A stretch of DNA of 64,000 bases from a virus (lineage: Duplodnaviria; Caudoviricetes), in IMG/VR virus record IMGVR_UViG_2687453341_000008. One strand, given 5' to 3'. This document shows positions 9,258 to 19,068 of the stretch, one piece after another. The notes below the pieces were generated by a model. That model worked only from the letters and a program-made list of their open reading frames with translations. It did not search any database and was not told the origin of the DNA. The first letter of the stretch is position 1; the number at the start of each line of letters is the position of its first letter. The position numbers and the translations under genes are program-made.

Positions 9258-10898
9258 TTGACTCAGATAGCGGGTTTCTTTTGGAACCCGACTATGGAGT
9301 GTGCCGTGGTACGTCGGCTGGATATGGATAAAAGACAGGGAATTGAGCAGCTTTTTGCTTCAGGAATGAGCATGCGGCAGATCGCCCGCACCCTCGGAAT
9401 CAACCGAAAGTCCGTTGCTCGCCACTTGGCTGCTCTTAGCTCAAAAGGGGCCAGTGCAGCCGAAGCGCCCATCGACGAAGCGCTCACCGGGCCCGATGAT
9501 TCAAAAGGGGCCAAAGCGCCCACCGGGTCCAAATTCCTGGAATCGGGTCATTCGGCCTCTAAAATAGAAAGCACTTCCGCGTCGCTATCCCGCAGCGAGT
9601 GCCGTTTATTTCGAGACCTCATCGTAGCCAAAATTGAGCGTGGGCTCTCTGCTCAGCGGATCTACCAAGACCTAGTGACCGACCATGGTTTCAACGCCAA
9701 GTACCACTCGGTTCGCCGGTATGTAGCATCTTTGACCCAATCCAAGGTACTTCCTGTCCGTCGCATCGAAGTCGATGCCGGGCATGAGATGCAGATCGAC
9801 TACGGCCAGGGCGCACGCTGCCTGGACCACACCGGTAAGCTTCGCAAGACGTACGTCTTTCGTTTGGTTTTGAGCCATTCTCGCAAAGGTTACACCGAAG
9901 CCGTTACAAGGCTAACAACCGAATCGCTAATTCGTTCTTTGGAGAACGCATTTCGTGCCTTGGGCGGCGTTCCCAAGATTGTAGTGTTTGACAATGCGCC
10001 TTCGGCGGTAAAGCAGGCTGATTGGTACGACCCGGAACTCAACCCCAAAATCATCGCCTTCTGCAAGCACTATAACATTGCATTTCTACCGACTCGACCG
10101 GGTACTCCAGAGCATAAGGGCAAGGTCGAGCGTGGAGTTGATTATGTTCAAGAGAACGCGATCAAAGGGATGACCTTCGAGAGTCTAGCTCTCCAGAATC
10201 AGCATCTACTTCAATGGGAGAAGAACGTGGCGGATACTCGTATTCACGGCACGACCAAGAAGCATGTTGGTAAGCAATTCATCGAAGTCGAGAAGGCAAC
10301 TTTAGGACCATTACCATCGGAACCATTTCCCATCTATGACGAGGGAATTCGTAAAGTCAGCCGCGATGGACACGTTGAAGTCAAAGGCTCGTTCTATTCT
10401 GCTCCACCGGAGTACTTAGGATGTGAAGTTTGGATGCGATGGAATGATCGAGTCGTTCGCATGCTTAATCATCGGCAAGAGCAAATCGCCTTACACCCGC
10501 GGATGGAGAAGGGGAAATTCAGCACTTTGTCGGAACATATTGCCCCGTCGAAGATCAATGGAATTGAACGCGGAGCCCGGCATTTAATGCAAAAAGTCAG
10601 GCTTATTGGCCCCAACACGACGCGTTGGGCCGAAGAGGCCATCAATGAGCGTGGAGTCCACTCCATGCGAACCATTCAAGGCGTCTTGGGTCTGACTCGC
10701 AAGTACAAAAGCGCTGCCATCGAAGACGCATCCGACACAGCTTGGCGCAGCGGTAGTTTCACCTACCGCACGATTAGACGGCTTTTAGAGCACCGCGGAG
10801 CCAAGCAAGAGACCATGGAGTTCATGGACGAGCATCCGGTCATTCGATCGATTCTCGAGTATGACGAGTTCTTTAAACGGGCACTAGCACGAGGCTAA
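9258..10898 (+). CDS. istA: IS21 transposase IstA
   Basis: N-terminal HTH, MQIDYG, VFDN, KGKVERGV DDE motifs; true start may be a downstream ATG. Confidence 0.95.
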   Translation: MTQIAGFFWNPTMECAVVRRLDMDKRQGIEQLFASGMSMRQIARTLGINRKSVARHLAALSSKGASAAEAPIDEALTGPDDSKGAKAPTGSKFLESGHSASKIESTSASLSRSECRLFRDLIVAKIERGLSAQRIYQDLVTDHGFNAKYHSVRRYVASLTQSKVLPVRRIEVDAGHEMQIDYGQGARCLDHTGKLRKTYVFRLVLSHSRKGYTEAVTRLTTESLIRSLENAFRALGGVPKIVVFDNAPSAVKQADWYDPELNPKIIAFCKHYNIAFLPTRPGTPEHKGKVERGVDYVQENAIKGMTFESLALQNQHLLQWEKNVADTRIHGTTKKHVGKQFIEVEKATLGPLPSEPFPIYDEGIRKVSRDGHVEVKGSFYSAPPEYLGCEVWMRWNDRVVRMLNHRQEQIALHPRMEKGKFSTLSEHIAPSKINGIERGARHLMQKVRLIGPNTTRWAEEAINERGVHSMRTIQGVLGLTRKYKSAAIEDASDTAWRSGSFTYRTIRRLLEHRGAKQETMEFMDEHPVIRSILEYDEFFKRALARG

Positions 10899-10903
10899 TC
10901 ACA

Positions 10904-11716
10904 ATGGACAACAATCTACTTTCAACGCTAAAGAAACTACGCATGTCAGGCTTGGCCAATACGCTTGAGATCCGCCTTCACGAAGCGGCGACCACAGGCC
11001 TGAGTCATCGCGAGTTCCTGGAGTTGCTTCTCCAAGACGAGCTGCTCCTACGCAACGATCGGTTGATCAATCGTCGCATCGCAATGGCGGGCTTTCGCGA
11101 CACGAAAAGGCTTGAGGATTTCGACTTCAGCTACAACCCATCGATCAAAAAAAGCCAAGTCTTTGATCTGGCCACGTGTCGCTTCATTCGAGAGCGGCGT
11201 GACGTTCTATGGGTTGGACCTCCTGGGACCGGTAAAAGTCACTTATGCCAAGCGTTGGGACTCTGCGCCATTCGTTGCGGACTGACGGTGTACTACCGGT
11301 CAATCTTTGATACGGTTCGGGACTTCCTTCACGATGAAGCTATGGAGGGCCATGATCGGATCCTGCAACGCTACCTGAAGCCTGACTTGCTGATCATCGA
11401 CGACATGGGAATGAAGCAACTGCCCAAGCGTTCAGGCGAGTACTTGTTCGAGATCATCATGCGTCGACACGAGGTAAAATCGACGATGATGACAAGTAAT
11501 CGTCCGCTTGAAGATTGGGGTAAATTGATCGGCGACGTACCCAGTGCTGGCGCGATCTTGGACCGGTTCTTGCACCGCTCTGAACTGTTCCAGATGACGG
11601 GTCGAAGTTACCGGCTGGGATCGAGCGAAAATAATTCAAAAGGGGCCAAAGCGCCCACCGGGTCGGACGCCGATAAACAAGTATCAAGCAAGGCCTCAAA
11701 AGGGGCCAATTCGTAA
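10904..11716 (+). CDS. istB: IS21 helper ATPase IstB
   Basis: GPPGTGKS Walker A, LLIIDD Walker B, TSN, AILDR, GRSYR. Confidence 0.95.
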   Translation: MDNNLLSTLKKLRMSGLANTLEIRLHEAATTGLSHREFLELLLQDELLLRNDRLINRRIAMAGFRDTKRLEDFDFSYNPSIKKSQVFDLATCRFIRERRDVLWVGPPGTGKSHLCQALGLCAIRCGLTVYYRSIFDTVRDFLHDEAMEGHDRILQRYLKPDLLIIDDMGMKQLPKRSGEYLFEIIMRRHEVKSTMMTSNRPLEDWGKLIGDVPSAGAILDRFLHRSELFQMTGRSYRLGSSENNSKGAKAPTGSDADKQVSSKASKGANS

Positions 11717-11791
11717 TCGACCACATCAATAACCCAAAGTGGCCCCTTTAGAAGCGCCCAACAGTGGCCCCCTTTGAAGCGCTCAATGACA

Positions 11792-12240
11792 TTCCATTTC
11801 GCCTGACTCTGTAGTAATGCATCTCGCAGTATCCGGCGAGCTTCCTCGTAGCTTCTCTCTTGCACCCGTCGACGCTGCAAATTTTCAATCCACTCATCTA
11901 CTTCCTCTTGAGTAACTCTTCGCGGAGCCATTAGGGATTTATCTCGCAACCGCAACCAAGCATTGAGGTCGTAGTTCCAGGGGTCCGAGATTTTTTTAAT
12001 CGCCAATTGCATAGCGTGGGGGGCTGCTGCGAGTATCTGCTCGTGACAGTAGCTATCAACCAGCATGTAGTTACACCGGTGCCCCCAGCATTTGACCGCG
12101 TGAGACCGCCTCTCAATTTCATGGACTGCGAGTGGAGGCCAAGAGGACGAACCGCCGCAACTCATGCAACGCTGTGGATGTTCCAATCGCCAGCTTTCAC
12201 GATCCTCCAACACACTTTTGAGGTACGCATCTGCCTGCAT
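11792..12240 (-). pseudogene. HNH-like zinc-binding phage protein, 3' end replaced by IS21
   Basis: CxxC...HEI...N....CH pattern; frame reads into the IS21 right end. Confidence 0.5.
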
Positions 12241-12246
12241 GTAAAT

Positions 12247-12849
12247 TTACGTTGCCACACGAATAGACGAAAAAACCTTCTTGCGGAATCGACTGACCTC
12301 CCTATAAACGGCCTGGACACTGACGCCAAGGCTTTCCGCGATTTGCGGCTTCCGAACGCCGTTCATCATCATGTCTACGACTGCTCGAGTTCTACGTCCT
12401 TCCGCGGAAGCCAAATCTAGATAGTTCTCTAATTTTTCGGCCATCATCGCTGACTCTTCCGCGCTTGGGGAATACCGCGTGAGGCACGGCAGAAGTACCC
12501 CGCGAAACGAACTGCTGTTATCGCCCGGGAGAAATGTTTTCGCGGCTAGGTCGCCAGATCGCTTTTGCGTCGTCAATTTCTCAATTTCCCTGTAAGTTGC
12601 ACTTCGAGCGATGCAAGAAACCCATCGTAAATAGGCGTGGTAGGTCTCAGCCTTGCACCTGCTCGATAGCGTCATCGAGACTTCGGCAAGCGTTATCTGC
12701 ACAACATCATCAATATCTAGTTTCGACTGAAATCGACTGCCAAGAAAGCTCTTCACGATTACGAAAGCATACCACTGTGAGCTTGCGATTAAGTCATTCA
12801 AGGCTGCAGCCGATCCGGCTTTTGCCTCGCGAAGCAATTCGTCGTTCAT
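12247..12849 (-). CDS. ECF-type sigma factor (Planctomycete-subfamily-like), paralog A
   Basis: ELLREAKAGS, KLDIDDVVQ (region 2.2), YLRWVSCIAR, region-4 HTH QIAESLGVSVQAV. Confidence 0.8.
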   Translation of the reverse strand: MNDELLREAKAGSAAALNDLIASSQWYAFVIVKSFLGSRFQSKLDIDDVVQITLAEVSMTLSSRCKAETYHAYLRWVSCIARSATYREIEKLTTQKRSGDLAAKTFLPGDNSSSFRGVLLPCLTRYSPSAEESAMMAEKLENYLDLASAEGRRTRAVVDMMMNGVRKPQIAESLGVSVQAVYREVSRFRKKVFSSIRVAT

Positions 12850-12897
12850 CTTGAAATCCTGGTGTGGGTGGAACAGGTCCTACTGTGATACCTAGAA

Positions 12898-12925
12898 AGG
12901 ACGGAAATCTCCACAGCTGTTTACA
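12898..12925 (-). promoter_or_regulatory. ECF-like promoter upstream of sigma A
   Basis: TGTAAA-N15-CCGTCCT, intergenic, ~50 bp before ATG. Confidence 0.65.
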
Positions 12926-12984
12926 CACGAATTCAAGATTTTTCCTCCTCACGCGCCGTGCCGTTCCCGGCCAAATGCCGTCGC

Positions 12985-14070
12985 TCAGCTCCGCGCCATC
13001 GGCATGACGACGTACCGGTAGAGCGAGCTAAACGCGAGCATCACCGGGACATTTCCGTCTTTCACGTACATGGTCGACTGGGACTTAGCAGGCAACGCCT
13101 TGAAAAAGTCAGCCAAGTAGACGTGATTCACATTTACCGCTACGGGCTCGTAGTCGTACTGGATCGGAACTTCGACGTTCGACTCCCCCGATTCGGTTTT
13201 CGAACTTACTGACACCTTTCCTGCATCAAACGCGAACTCAACCGACCGGCTTTCCTTATCGGCGGCGATCGCGGCTTGCCGAATCCCCGAGAACATCTCC
13301 TCGACATCCAGAATGACTTCCTTTGCGTCTGTCACACTTGGAAGAACCTGCCGCCAGTTGGGAAACTTGCCTTCAATGAGATGCGTCGAGAAGGCGCAAT
13401 CTCCCATGTCGGCCCGCAGCTCGGTTTCCGAGAACCTTAAAGTCACGTCATCCGACTCTCCCGCAAGCCCGAGCATAGAAACAAGAACCCGCAGTGCCCT
13501 CGCAGGGACAATGTAAACGCCAATTTGAGCATTTCCTTCGCACGCTAACTCGAAGGCCGACAATCTATGGCCATCCGTTGCCACACACTCCAGGGACCCA
13601 CGCCCAAGATCGAACGCCACGCCTCCTAGTTGGTAACGAGCACTCGACTCGTCGCAAGCGAACTCGGTTGCGCGGATCGCGAACAGCAGCGCCCCCGCTT
13701 TGACTTGGACCGCCGCATCGGGACATGGCATGGTCACTGGGAATTCATCCGGACTGGAGGCCCCAAACTGAAACCGAGCCCTGCCGCACTGTACCTTCAC
13801 GTGCTTGCCGTCATCGATATTGAACTCGATTTCGTCACCTTTACACTCGTTGAGAACCGAGTGCACTTTACTTACCGGGAGAAGAGTTCGAAGATCGCCT
13901 TCAACGTCCACCTTGGCTTGCAAGTAGACCTCCCCGTCGGACGCGGTAAGAGTCGCTTTCCCGCCAGCGGCTGAGAGATGGACATTGGTAAGGATCTCTT
14001 TGTGTCGATTGTTGGCGACACGCGCAACGACCCCAAATACCCTTTTGAACTCGGCTGTACTAGCTCGCAT
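12985..14070 (-). CDS. dnaN: DNA polymerase III beta sliding clamp
   Basis: 361 aa; ATDGHRL, EGKFPNW, C-terminal YVVMP. Confidence 0.95.
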   Translation of the reverse strand: MRASTAEFKRVFGVVARVANNRHKEILTNVHLSAAGGKATLTASDGEVYLQAKVDVEGDLRTLLPVSKVHSVLNECKGDEIEFNIDDGKHVKVQCGRARFQFGASSPDEFPVTMPCPDAAVQVKAGALLFAIRATEFACDESSARYQLGGVAFDLGRGSLECVATDGHRLSAFELACEGNAQIGVYIVPARALRVLVSMLGLAGESDDVTLRFSETELRADMGDCAFSTHLIEGKFPNWRQVLPSVTDAKEVILDVEEMFSGIRQAAIAADKESRSVEFAFDAGKVSVSSKTESGESNVEVPIQYDYEPVAVNVNHVYLADFFKALPAKSQSTMYVKDGNVPVMLAFSSLYRYVVMPMARS

Positions 14071-14266
14071 TTCGCATCACCTTTTCACGCAGAACAGGAA
14101 CTTCCTTGCGGGCACGTACCACCACGGTCACTTTTCGCCCGCCACACCTTGAAATCTCAATTTCGCTGTCTCCAACGAAAAAACGCTCACCCTTTTCGAT
14201 CTGCAGAACCAACGTTCCCCTATCGGATGCTTTGGTAATACCGTTCGTTTTCGCTTCGTTCTTCAT
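14060..14266 (-). CDS. csrA: CsrA-like carbon storage regulator
   Basis: LVLQIEKGERFFVGD..I.I.....V.V.V.A.KEVPVLRE fits the CsrA fold; start uncertain. Confidence 0.65.
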   Translation of the reverse strand: MKNEAKTNGITKASDRGTLVLQIEKGERFFVGDSEIEISRCGGRKVTVVVRARKEVPVLREKVMRNAS

Positions 14267-14561
14267 GCCAGAAATCCTTTTGCTGTTCTTCAAATAGCCG
14301 AGCTTGCCGTTGAAGCTCTTTGCGCCATTCACCATCGACTCCATTCAGCAGCCCCTCTTGGATCTCATCATCTCGAGCGAGGTCCGCCCAATAGCCGAGA
14401 TCGCAAACCCAATGAGACTGCCCATATTCGCGAACAAGTCTATGCGCCAAAGACTCGAGGCACGCACCCCTCAGGAGCCGAACCACAAACGCAAGTGCCA
14501 CATTCGGGATGCCACTCAGTTCGTCTTCGGTTAAGCCTGAAAGCCAGTTTTGGTCGTACAT
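14220..14561 (-). CDS. Hypothetical phage protein
   Basis: ATG 14561 lies just downstream of a promoter motif. Confidence 0.6.
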   Translation of the reverse strand: MYDQNWLSGLTEDELSGIPNVALAFVVRLLRGACLESLAHRLVREYGQSHWVCDLGYWADLARDDEIQEGLLNGVDGEWRKELQRQARLFEEQQKDFWHEERSENERYYQSIR

Positions 14562-14600
14562 GTTTCTTGCTCGTCGGTAAATGAATTGACTCAACCAACT

Positions 14601-14628
14601 AGGCCGGAAATGGGCACGATTTGTTTCA
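14601..14628 (-). promoter_or_regulatory. ECF-like promoter
   Basis: TGAAAC-AAATCG..-CCGGCCTAGTTGG, N15 spacer, directly after a terminator. Confidence 0.75.
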
Positions 14629-14636
14629 ACTTGCTC

Positions 14637-14679
14637 GAAAAGAATTGCGGAGCGACGAGCAAACCCACCGCTCCGCAAT
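14637..14679 (-). terminator. Rho-independent terminator after portal gene
   Basis: 11-bp stem ATTGCGGAGCG/CGCTCCGCAAT followed by TCTTTT on the minus strand. Confidence 0.65.
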
Positions 14680-14740
14680 CTGCCGCTGACACCCACTGCC
14701 AACGGCAGGCTGTAAAGAAAACAGGATCGAGCCTACCAAA

Positions 14741-16927
14741 TCAAATGGTCGAACTCGGAGAGTTACCTGAGATCACCGATCGCAACTCATCTGTGACCGC
14801 TGGAGCACCCTCTTGCATGCTTGGCCGACGTAATGGAACGACAGCCTTGGTCCCATCCTCCATGCTGATAATTGCTTTGGTCAGGTAGCAGGAACGTCCT
14901 GTGATGGACGAACACGCTCCGTCCATCGCACTCGAGTCGTTGACGTAAGCGATCGTCACGTGCGGGTTGTACTTCGGGTGCGTCAAAACATGCGGCAGGC
15001 TATCACGCAACTTACGATTGATCGCATGCAGGGCGGGCGACTCTACAGCAACGATCAGAGGTACCCCGCGATCGCCACCAGGAAAGCTCGTGACGCCCCT
15101 GAAACTGACTAGAGGCGATTCGAGCCTCGACACAACACGTGCGATTTCGTCTACGCTTGCGCCCGTGATTCCGTACAACGCAGTGACATGGGGTTCATCT
15201 TCCCGCCCGCCCACGGAGAGGTCCGCGTCATTCAGGCATGCAGCCTCTCTCAACACCGCATCCTCGATCGCCTCGGGCAACTTAAGCATCACGCACGCGT
15301 ACTTATGGGCTCTGCCGACTTCGAGCAACTTGGACTCCAGTTCATCGCGCCCACTTAGCGACGGTATCGACTTCACGAACGCAACGGCGTCGGTACCGTA
15401 ACTCCAATCCCAAAGCCCGCTCGAGCCGCTTTCTTCGTTATCGTCATCCAGAGGACGAAGCCGAAACCCGGACGACTCGAAGATGTCTGTCACCTGAGGA
15501 GAGATCTCTTCTAGCAAGGTAGGGTCCACGTCGATCACGTGCTTTAGTTTGCGATGACCAATTCGGATCGCTTTGTCGACCGGTGGTATAAATCCACTCG
15601 CCGCGCCAGACGCCTTGATGAGTGTTCTTGGATCGACAGGGCCATTTGCGGTCAGGATGAATCCGTCGAGTTCATTTCCGAACGTCGGTTCCCCTCGTTT
15701 CGTGCGATACTCTCCGACCGTCATCACCCCGATCTTTGAATCCGCTTCGAGCCTCCGATCTTCGAGCTCCGGATCGTTTACCGCGGGGACCTCGAGTTCG
15801 ATACTGACATGCTCGCCATATTCACGACCGAGGGTTATTGTGTCCTCGTCAGCGATAAGGTCCATGTCGGGTTGGATACTGAGCATGGACGTTCCCAGCA
15901 ACGACGCTGCAAGGCTCGAATAGGTCATACCGTCTTGAATGCCCAGCGAAGATCGTGACACGCCATGCGCCGCAAGCACGCAGTCCCGCAACTGGTCATG
16001 CCCTTCCACAAACTGCATTTCGTCCGCAGTTCGCTTGTGCACCACCGATGTGGCTTTTCCGACAAATGTTACTGCCGCCCCGTCGTCACTAAGACGGCGA
16101 GAAAGATTGTCCTCCACTTCGCTCAGCTTCTCGGGATCGTCCTCGTCGGAAGTCAGCAACAACTTGCCGTTTGGTCCTTCTCTGTAAAACTTGTCGCGAC
16201 AATCGTCGAGGGCGTTGGACGCATCGATCCAAGGAGCGGCTGCATTGGTAGGAGATGCTCCATCCCCTTTCAGGAACGGATGCGGGTACTTGATCACCGT
16301 AAGCATTTCCGCTGGCAACTCGACACCCACAAACTGGCGGATCGCTGAAAACGACTCTTCGTCGTAGCTCGCTGAATAGGTTGTCCATGACTGAGGCCGA
16401 ATGATGACTCCACCTCGCGGCATACTCTGGTACCGACCTGGCCGGATCGGTGTCACCATCGCCATCGGAATCACGTATCTTTCAACCGTTCTCGTTTTCA
16501 GCACATTAGGACGGTTAAACACCAAGCAGCACCCGTGAAGGCGCAATTGAACCATTTGCTCCCACCGGAATGCGCCCCCGCTTTGGCGAGGGTGAGGACG
16601 ATTCAATAGTCGCATGAGCGGATGTGTTGAATCCGCGACCGTTCCCTGATGTTCACGTACAAGACCCTTGCGTACGCTTTCTTCTCGCCACCGAGCCCCA
16701 AACTCCATCCGCAGCGCCTTTCGCTGCGTCCGCGCTAAGGGATCCTTCGAGTCATCGTAGACGTAGACCAGCGCACGAGTTGCCTGTCTCGCAACGGAAG
16801 TGATCGCGACGTAGTTCCACCCACGAAAACCCTCGAGCTCCGCTCTATGGTCGCTTGCGACATCGCCGAGGCGATACATCGACAGAACTTCGTCAAGGAT
16901 TTCGTATAGATTTGCTGGCCCGTGCAT
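14741..16927 (-). CDS. Phage portal protein fused to a C-terminal 2H-phosphoesterase (Acb1/T4 gp57B-like)
   Basis: Portal: HPLMRLLNRP, LHG, G.SP, AAHGV, MTVGEYR; C-terminal domain with two HxT motifs (EPHVTALYG, YNPHVTIAY). Confidence 0.85.
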   Translation of the reverse strand: MHGPANLYEILDEVLSMYRLGDVASDHRAELEGFRGWNYVAITSVARQATRALVYVYDDSKDPLARTQRKALRMEFGARWREESVRKGLVREHQGTVADSTHPLMRLLNRPHPRQSGGAFRWEQMVQLRLHGCCLVFNRPNVLKTRTVERYVIPMAMVTPIRPGRYQSMPRGGVIIRPQSWTTYSASYDEESFSAIRQFVGVELPAEMLTVIKYPHPFLKGDGASPTNAAAPWIDASNALDDCRDKFYREGPNGKLLLTSDEDDPEKLSEVEDNLSRRLSDDGAAVTFVGKATSVVHKRTADEMQFVEGHDQLRDCVLAAHGVSRSSLGIQDGMTYSSLAASLLGTSMLSIQPDMDLIADEDTITLGREYGEHVSIELEVPAVNDPELEDRRLEADSKIGVMTVGEYRTKRGEPTFGNELDGFILTANGPVDPRTLIKASGAASGFIPPVDKAIRIGHRKLKHVIDVDPTLLEEISPQVTDIFESSGFRLRPLDDDNEESGSSGLWDWSYGTDAVAFVKSIPSLSGRDELESKLLEVGRAHKYACVMLKLPEAIEDAVLREAACLNDADLSVGGREDEPHVTALYGITGASVDEIARVVSRLESPLVSFRGVTSFPGGDRGVPLIVAVESPALHAINRKLRDSLPHVLTHPKYNPHVTIAYVNDSSAMDGACSSITGRSCYLTKAIISMEDGTKAVVPLRRPSMQEGAPAVTDELRSVISGNSPSSTI

Positions 16928-16969
16928 TCCTGTTCTCCTGCGGGGAACTTAGCCGAATGCCAATCGCAG

Positions 16970-17473
16970 TTAAACCGTCGGATACCCATAGACTTGCCGC
17001 TCCACGTCGCCGCGAATGTAAAGCGGGTGTTTTGGGCTTCCGTTCTCGTTTACTCCCAAGCAGTGGACTTTACCGAGAATCTTCAAAACAGCTTTCGCTC
17101 TCTCAGGATCGCAATGCACGCCCCATCCGACGATGATTTCCTGAACTCGCGCGGCGACACTTCCCAATACGGCATCGTTTTCTTCACCGACCGGATTGTC
17201 GATTGTTTTGAGCCCGCGTGGGTCGGTCGACCTAAACGCGTAAGCATTCAGCATAGTGAAACTGCCAAAGCCCCAATTCCTGGAGAACTGAATACATCGG
17301 CGGATTGTTGGATCGTCGATGAGCTCGTCTGCGGTACTCGGGTTCAAGCAACAAAACGCGATAGCCGGTTTCGATGGATCCCATATCCTCCAAAGCGAGT
17401 ATCTCCAGACTCGGCAGGGGGAAAAGTGAGCCCCCTTCTCCATGTGAACCTCGAACAATGTGAGTTGCTTCAC
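16970..17473 (-). CDS. DUF1643 family protein
   Basis: RYSLWRIWD, LNPSTAD...DDPTIRRC, NAYAFRSTDP, GWG, PKHPLY. Confidence 0.9.
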   Translation of the reverse strand: MKQLTLFEVHMEKGAHFSPCRVWRYSLWRIWDPSKPAIAFCCLNPSTADELIDDPTIRRCIQFSRNWGFGSFTMLNAYAFRSTDPRGLKTIDNPVGEENDAVLGSVAARVQEIIVGWGVHCDPERAKAVLKILGKVHCLGVNENGSPKHPLYIRGDVERQVYGYPTV

Positions 17474-17522
17474 GCCGTAACCGCCATTTCGTGAAAAGAG
17501 AGTTGCAAATCGGACTGCGTTT

Positions 17523-17987
17523 TCAACATTGCAGGCCCTCATACATGATTTCAATGGAATCAAAATCCCGCCTTCTCGAGGTGGGATACACCGCCAGATG
17601 GCAGTCGTTTTTTTCGAACCGACAAGCGATGATGCGATGCCAACCACTTCGATGCTCGACGGCAAAAAGATGCCCTACGCGCCGCATTTTCCTCTCGATA
17701 TAGTTTCCCAGATAACGAACGGCAACTCCCTGCCGGCTAGCCAGCATTTGCTGGATCTTCAGTAAGTCGCTTAACGGGTGTCGGTAATCCGGACGGACAG
17801 CAGCAATGCAGTAGAGAGTCTCCACCGCGATCTTCCTCCAAGCGGTCAGAATCTCCCAGTCATCGACCAATGCACCCTTCGGGAGAGCGACCGCGGCAGA
17901 CGTAAACTCTGTCTCGGCAGAGATCACAACCAGATCTGGTCGCCCGCTAGCTGCTATGCACGACCACCAAACGCGTGGAACCCCCAT
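17523..17987 (-). CDS. Hypothetical protein
   Basis: Co-oriented ORF downstream of a promoter motif; start uncertain. Confidence 0.5.
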   Translation of the reverse strand: MGVPRVWWSCIAASGRPDLVVISAETEFTSAAVALPKGALVDDWEILTAWRKIAVETLYCIAAVRPDYRHPLSDLLKIQQMLASRQGVAVRYLGNYIERKMRRVGHLFAVEHRSGWHRIIACRFEKNDCHLAVYPTSRRRDFDSIEIMYEGLQC

Positions 17988-18049
17988 GATTGCCCAGCTT
18001 GTGCCGGAAACACCTCTGCTTATTCGAGAATCGAGACTACCCAATAAAT

Positions 18050-18077
18050 AGGCCGGATTCGTAAGCACTTATTTCCA
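18050..18077 (-). promoter_or_regulatory. ECF-like promoter
   Basis: GGAAAT-N14-CCGGCCT where phage genes resume after the R-M cassette. Confidence 0.55.
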
Positions 18078-18387
18078 AATTCCCTGAAAAACACGAGCAA
18101 ACATTAGCGTTTTAGAAATAGATCGTGATCGAAAAGGGATACTGACAACCAGTGGGTCAAGTATTTCGACGCTTCGTTCGCGAACCTTCTAGCTGTGAAA
18201 AGCATCACACGGCGGCTCCCAAACCCTGCCAACGAACAATTGTGGAGACTGCACGTTGCCAGCGATCAAGCCCATAAGATGTCTTTCAACTACTTAGCAT
18301 CGAAGCCGAGGATGTAACCGTTCGAAACCTCGACTCAACAACCACTCGCTTGAGCACGGATAGGGTGAAGCAATTGAAGATTGATCC

Positions 18388-19068
18388 TCATTCGTCGCTA
18401 GGATTCTCTGCAGGCATTTCCCCAGACGGTTTTGGGGGTTTGGAGGATGCGTTGTATAGATTACACCCTAAATGCCAAACTTCTAAACATTCGCCCGATG
18501 AATGCTCATGCTTGCTAATAAAAGACCATTTTGCCGAATGATCACAACAATCAGTCACTTGGTCGCAAGGCCTTTTCTCGTCCATCTGTGATCGCAACCG
18601 TTCCATTTTGTGCTTGATCTTATCTTCCGTGAAATAGACCAGCAGCAAACCTCGCCCCTCGCGTCCTGTAGAATAACGCGAAACCAATTGCGAAACTCCA
18701 CCACTATGCCAAGAAAATGATTTGTATTTCTTAGCTTCGCCGAGCACACGCCTCTCTGATTGAAAAAGGCATGCTCTAAACGTCAAATCAACATGTCCGT
18801 TTGTGAACTCTTCGCGAGTAACAATTAGTGCACTGGATTTATTAATTGACTTCACAAAAATTGCACTTAACTGATCCTCGCTCAACGAAGAGAATAGCTT
18901 TGCATCGCGTTCCAAATCGTCAACTGCTTCAAGTACTAAAGCAGCAAAAGCATCATTAAACTCTAGATCGCTACTTGCAGCTACGAGACGTTTATGCTTA
19001 CCTGGAAGCTTTTCCGCGAAAACCAGGAAGCAGTCTTCGTATCGAATTTCGGAAGGAATTTCACTCAT
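18388..19068 (-). CDS. Putative PD-(D/E)xK nuclease coupled to the Type ISP gene
   Basis: SEDQLS...GHVDL...GEAK...QL..RY motif order; ATGA overlap with the upstream gene. Confidence 0.6.
   Translation of the reverse strand: MSEIPSEIRYEDCFLVFAEKLPGKHKRLVAASSDLEFNDAFAALVLEAVDDLERDAKLFSSLSEDQLSAIFVKSINKSSALIVTREEFTNGHVDLTFRACLFQSERRVLGEAKKYKSFSWHSGGVSQLVSRYSTGREGRGLLLVYFTEDKIKHKMERLRSQMDEKRPCDQVTDCCDHSAKWSFISKHEHSSGECLEVWHLGCNLYNASSKPPKPSGEMPAENPSDE

Larger units (their letters stand above)
9187..11791 (+). mobile_element. IS21-family insertion sequence
   Basis: istA+istB; TGTCAGTGAGCGC... left end and ...GCGCTCAATGACA right end form imperfect inverted repeats, each with two AAAGGGGCMA units; TG...CA ends. 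Confidence 0.95.
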
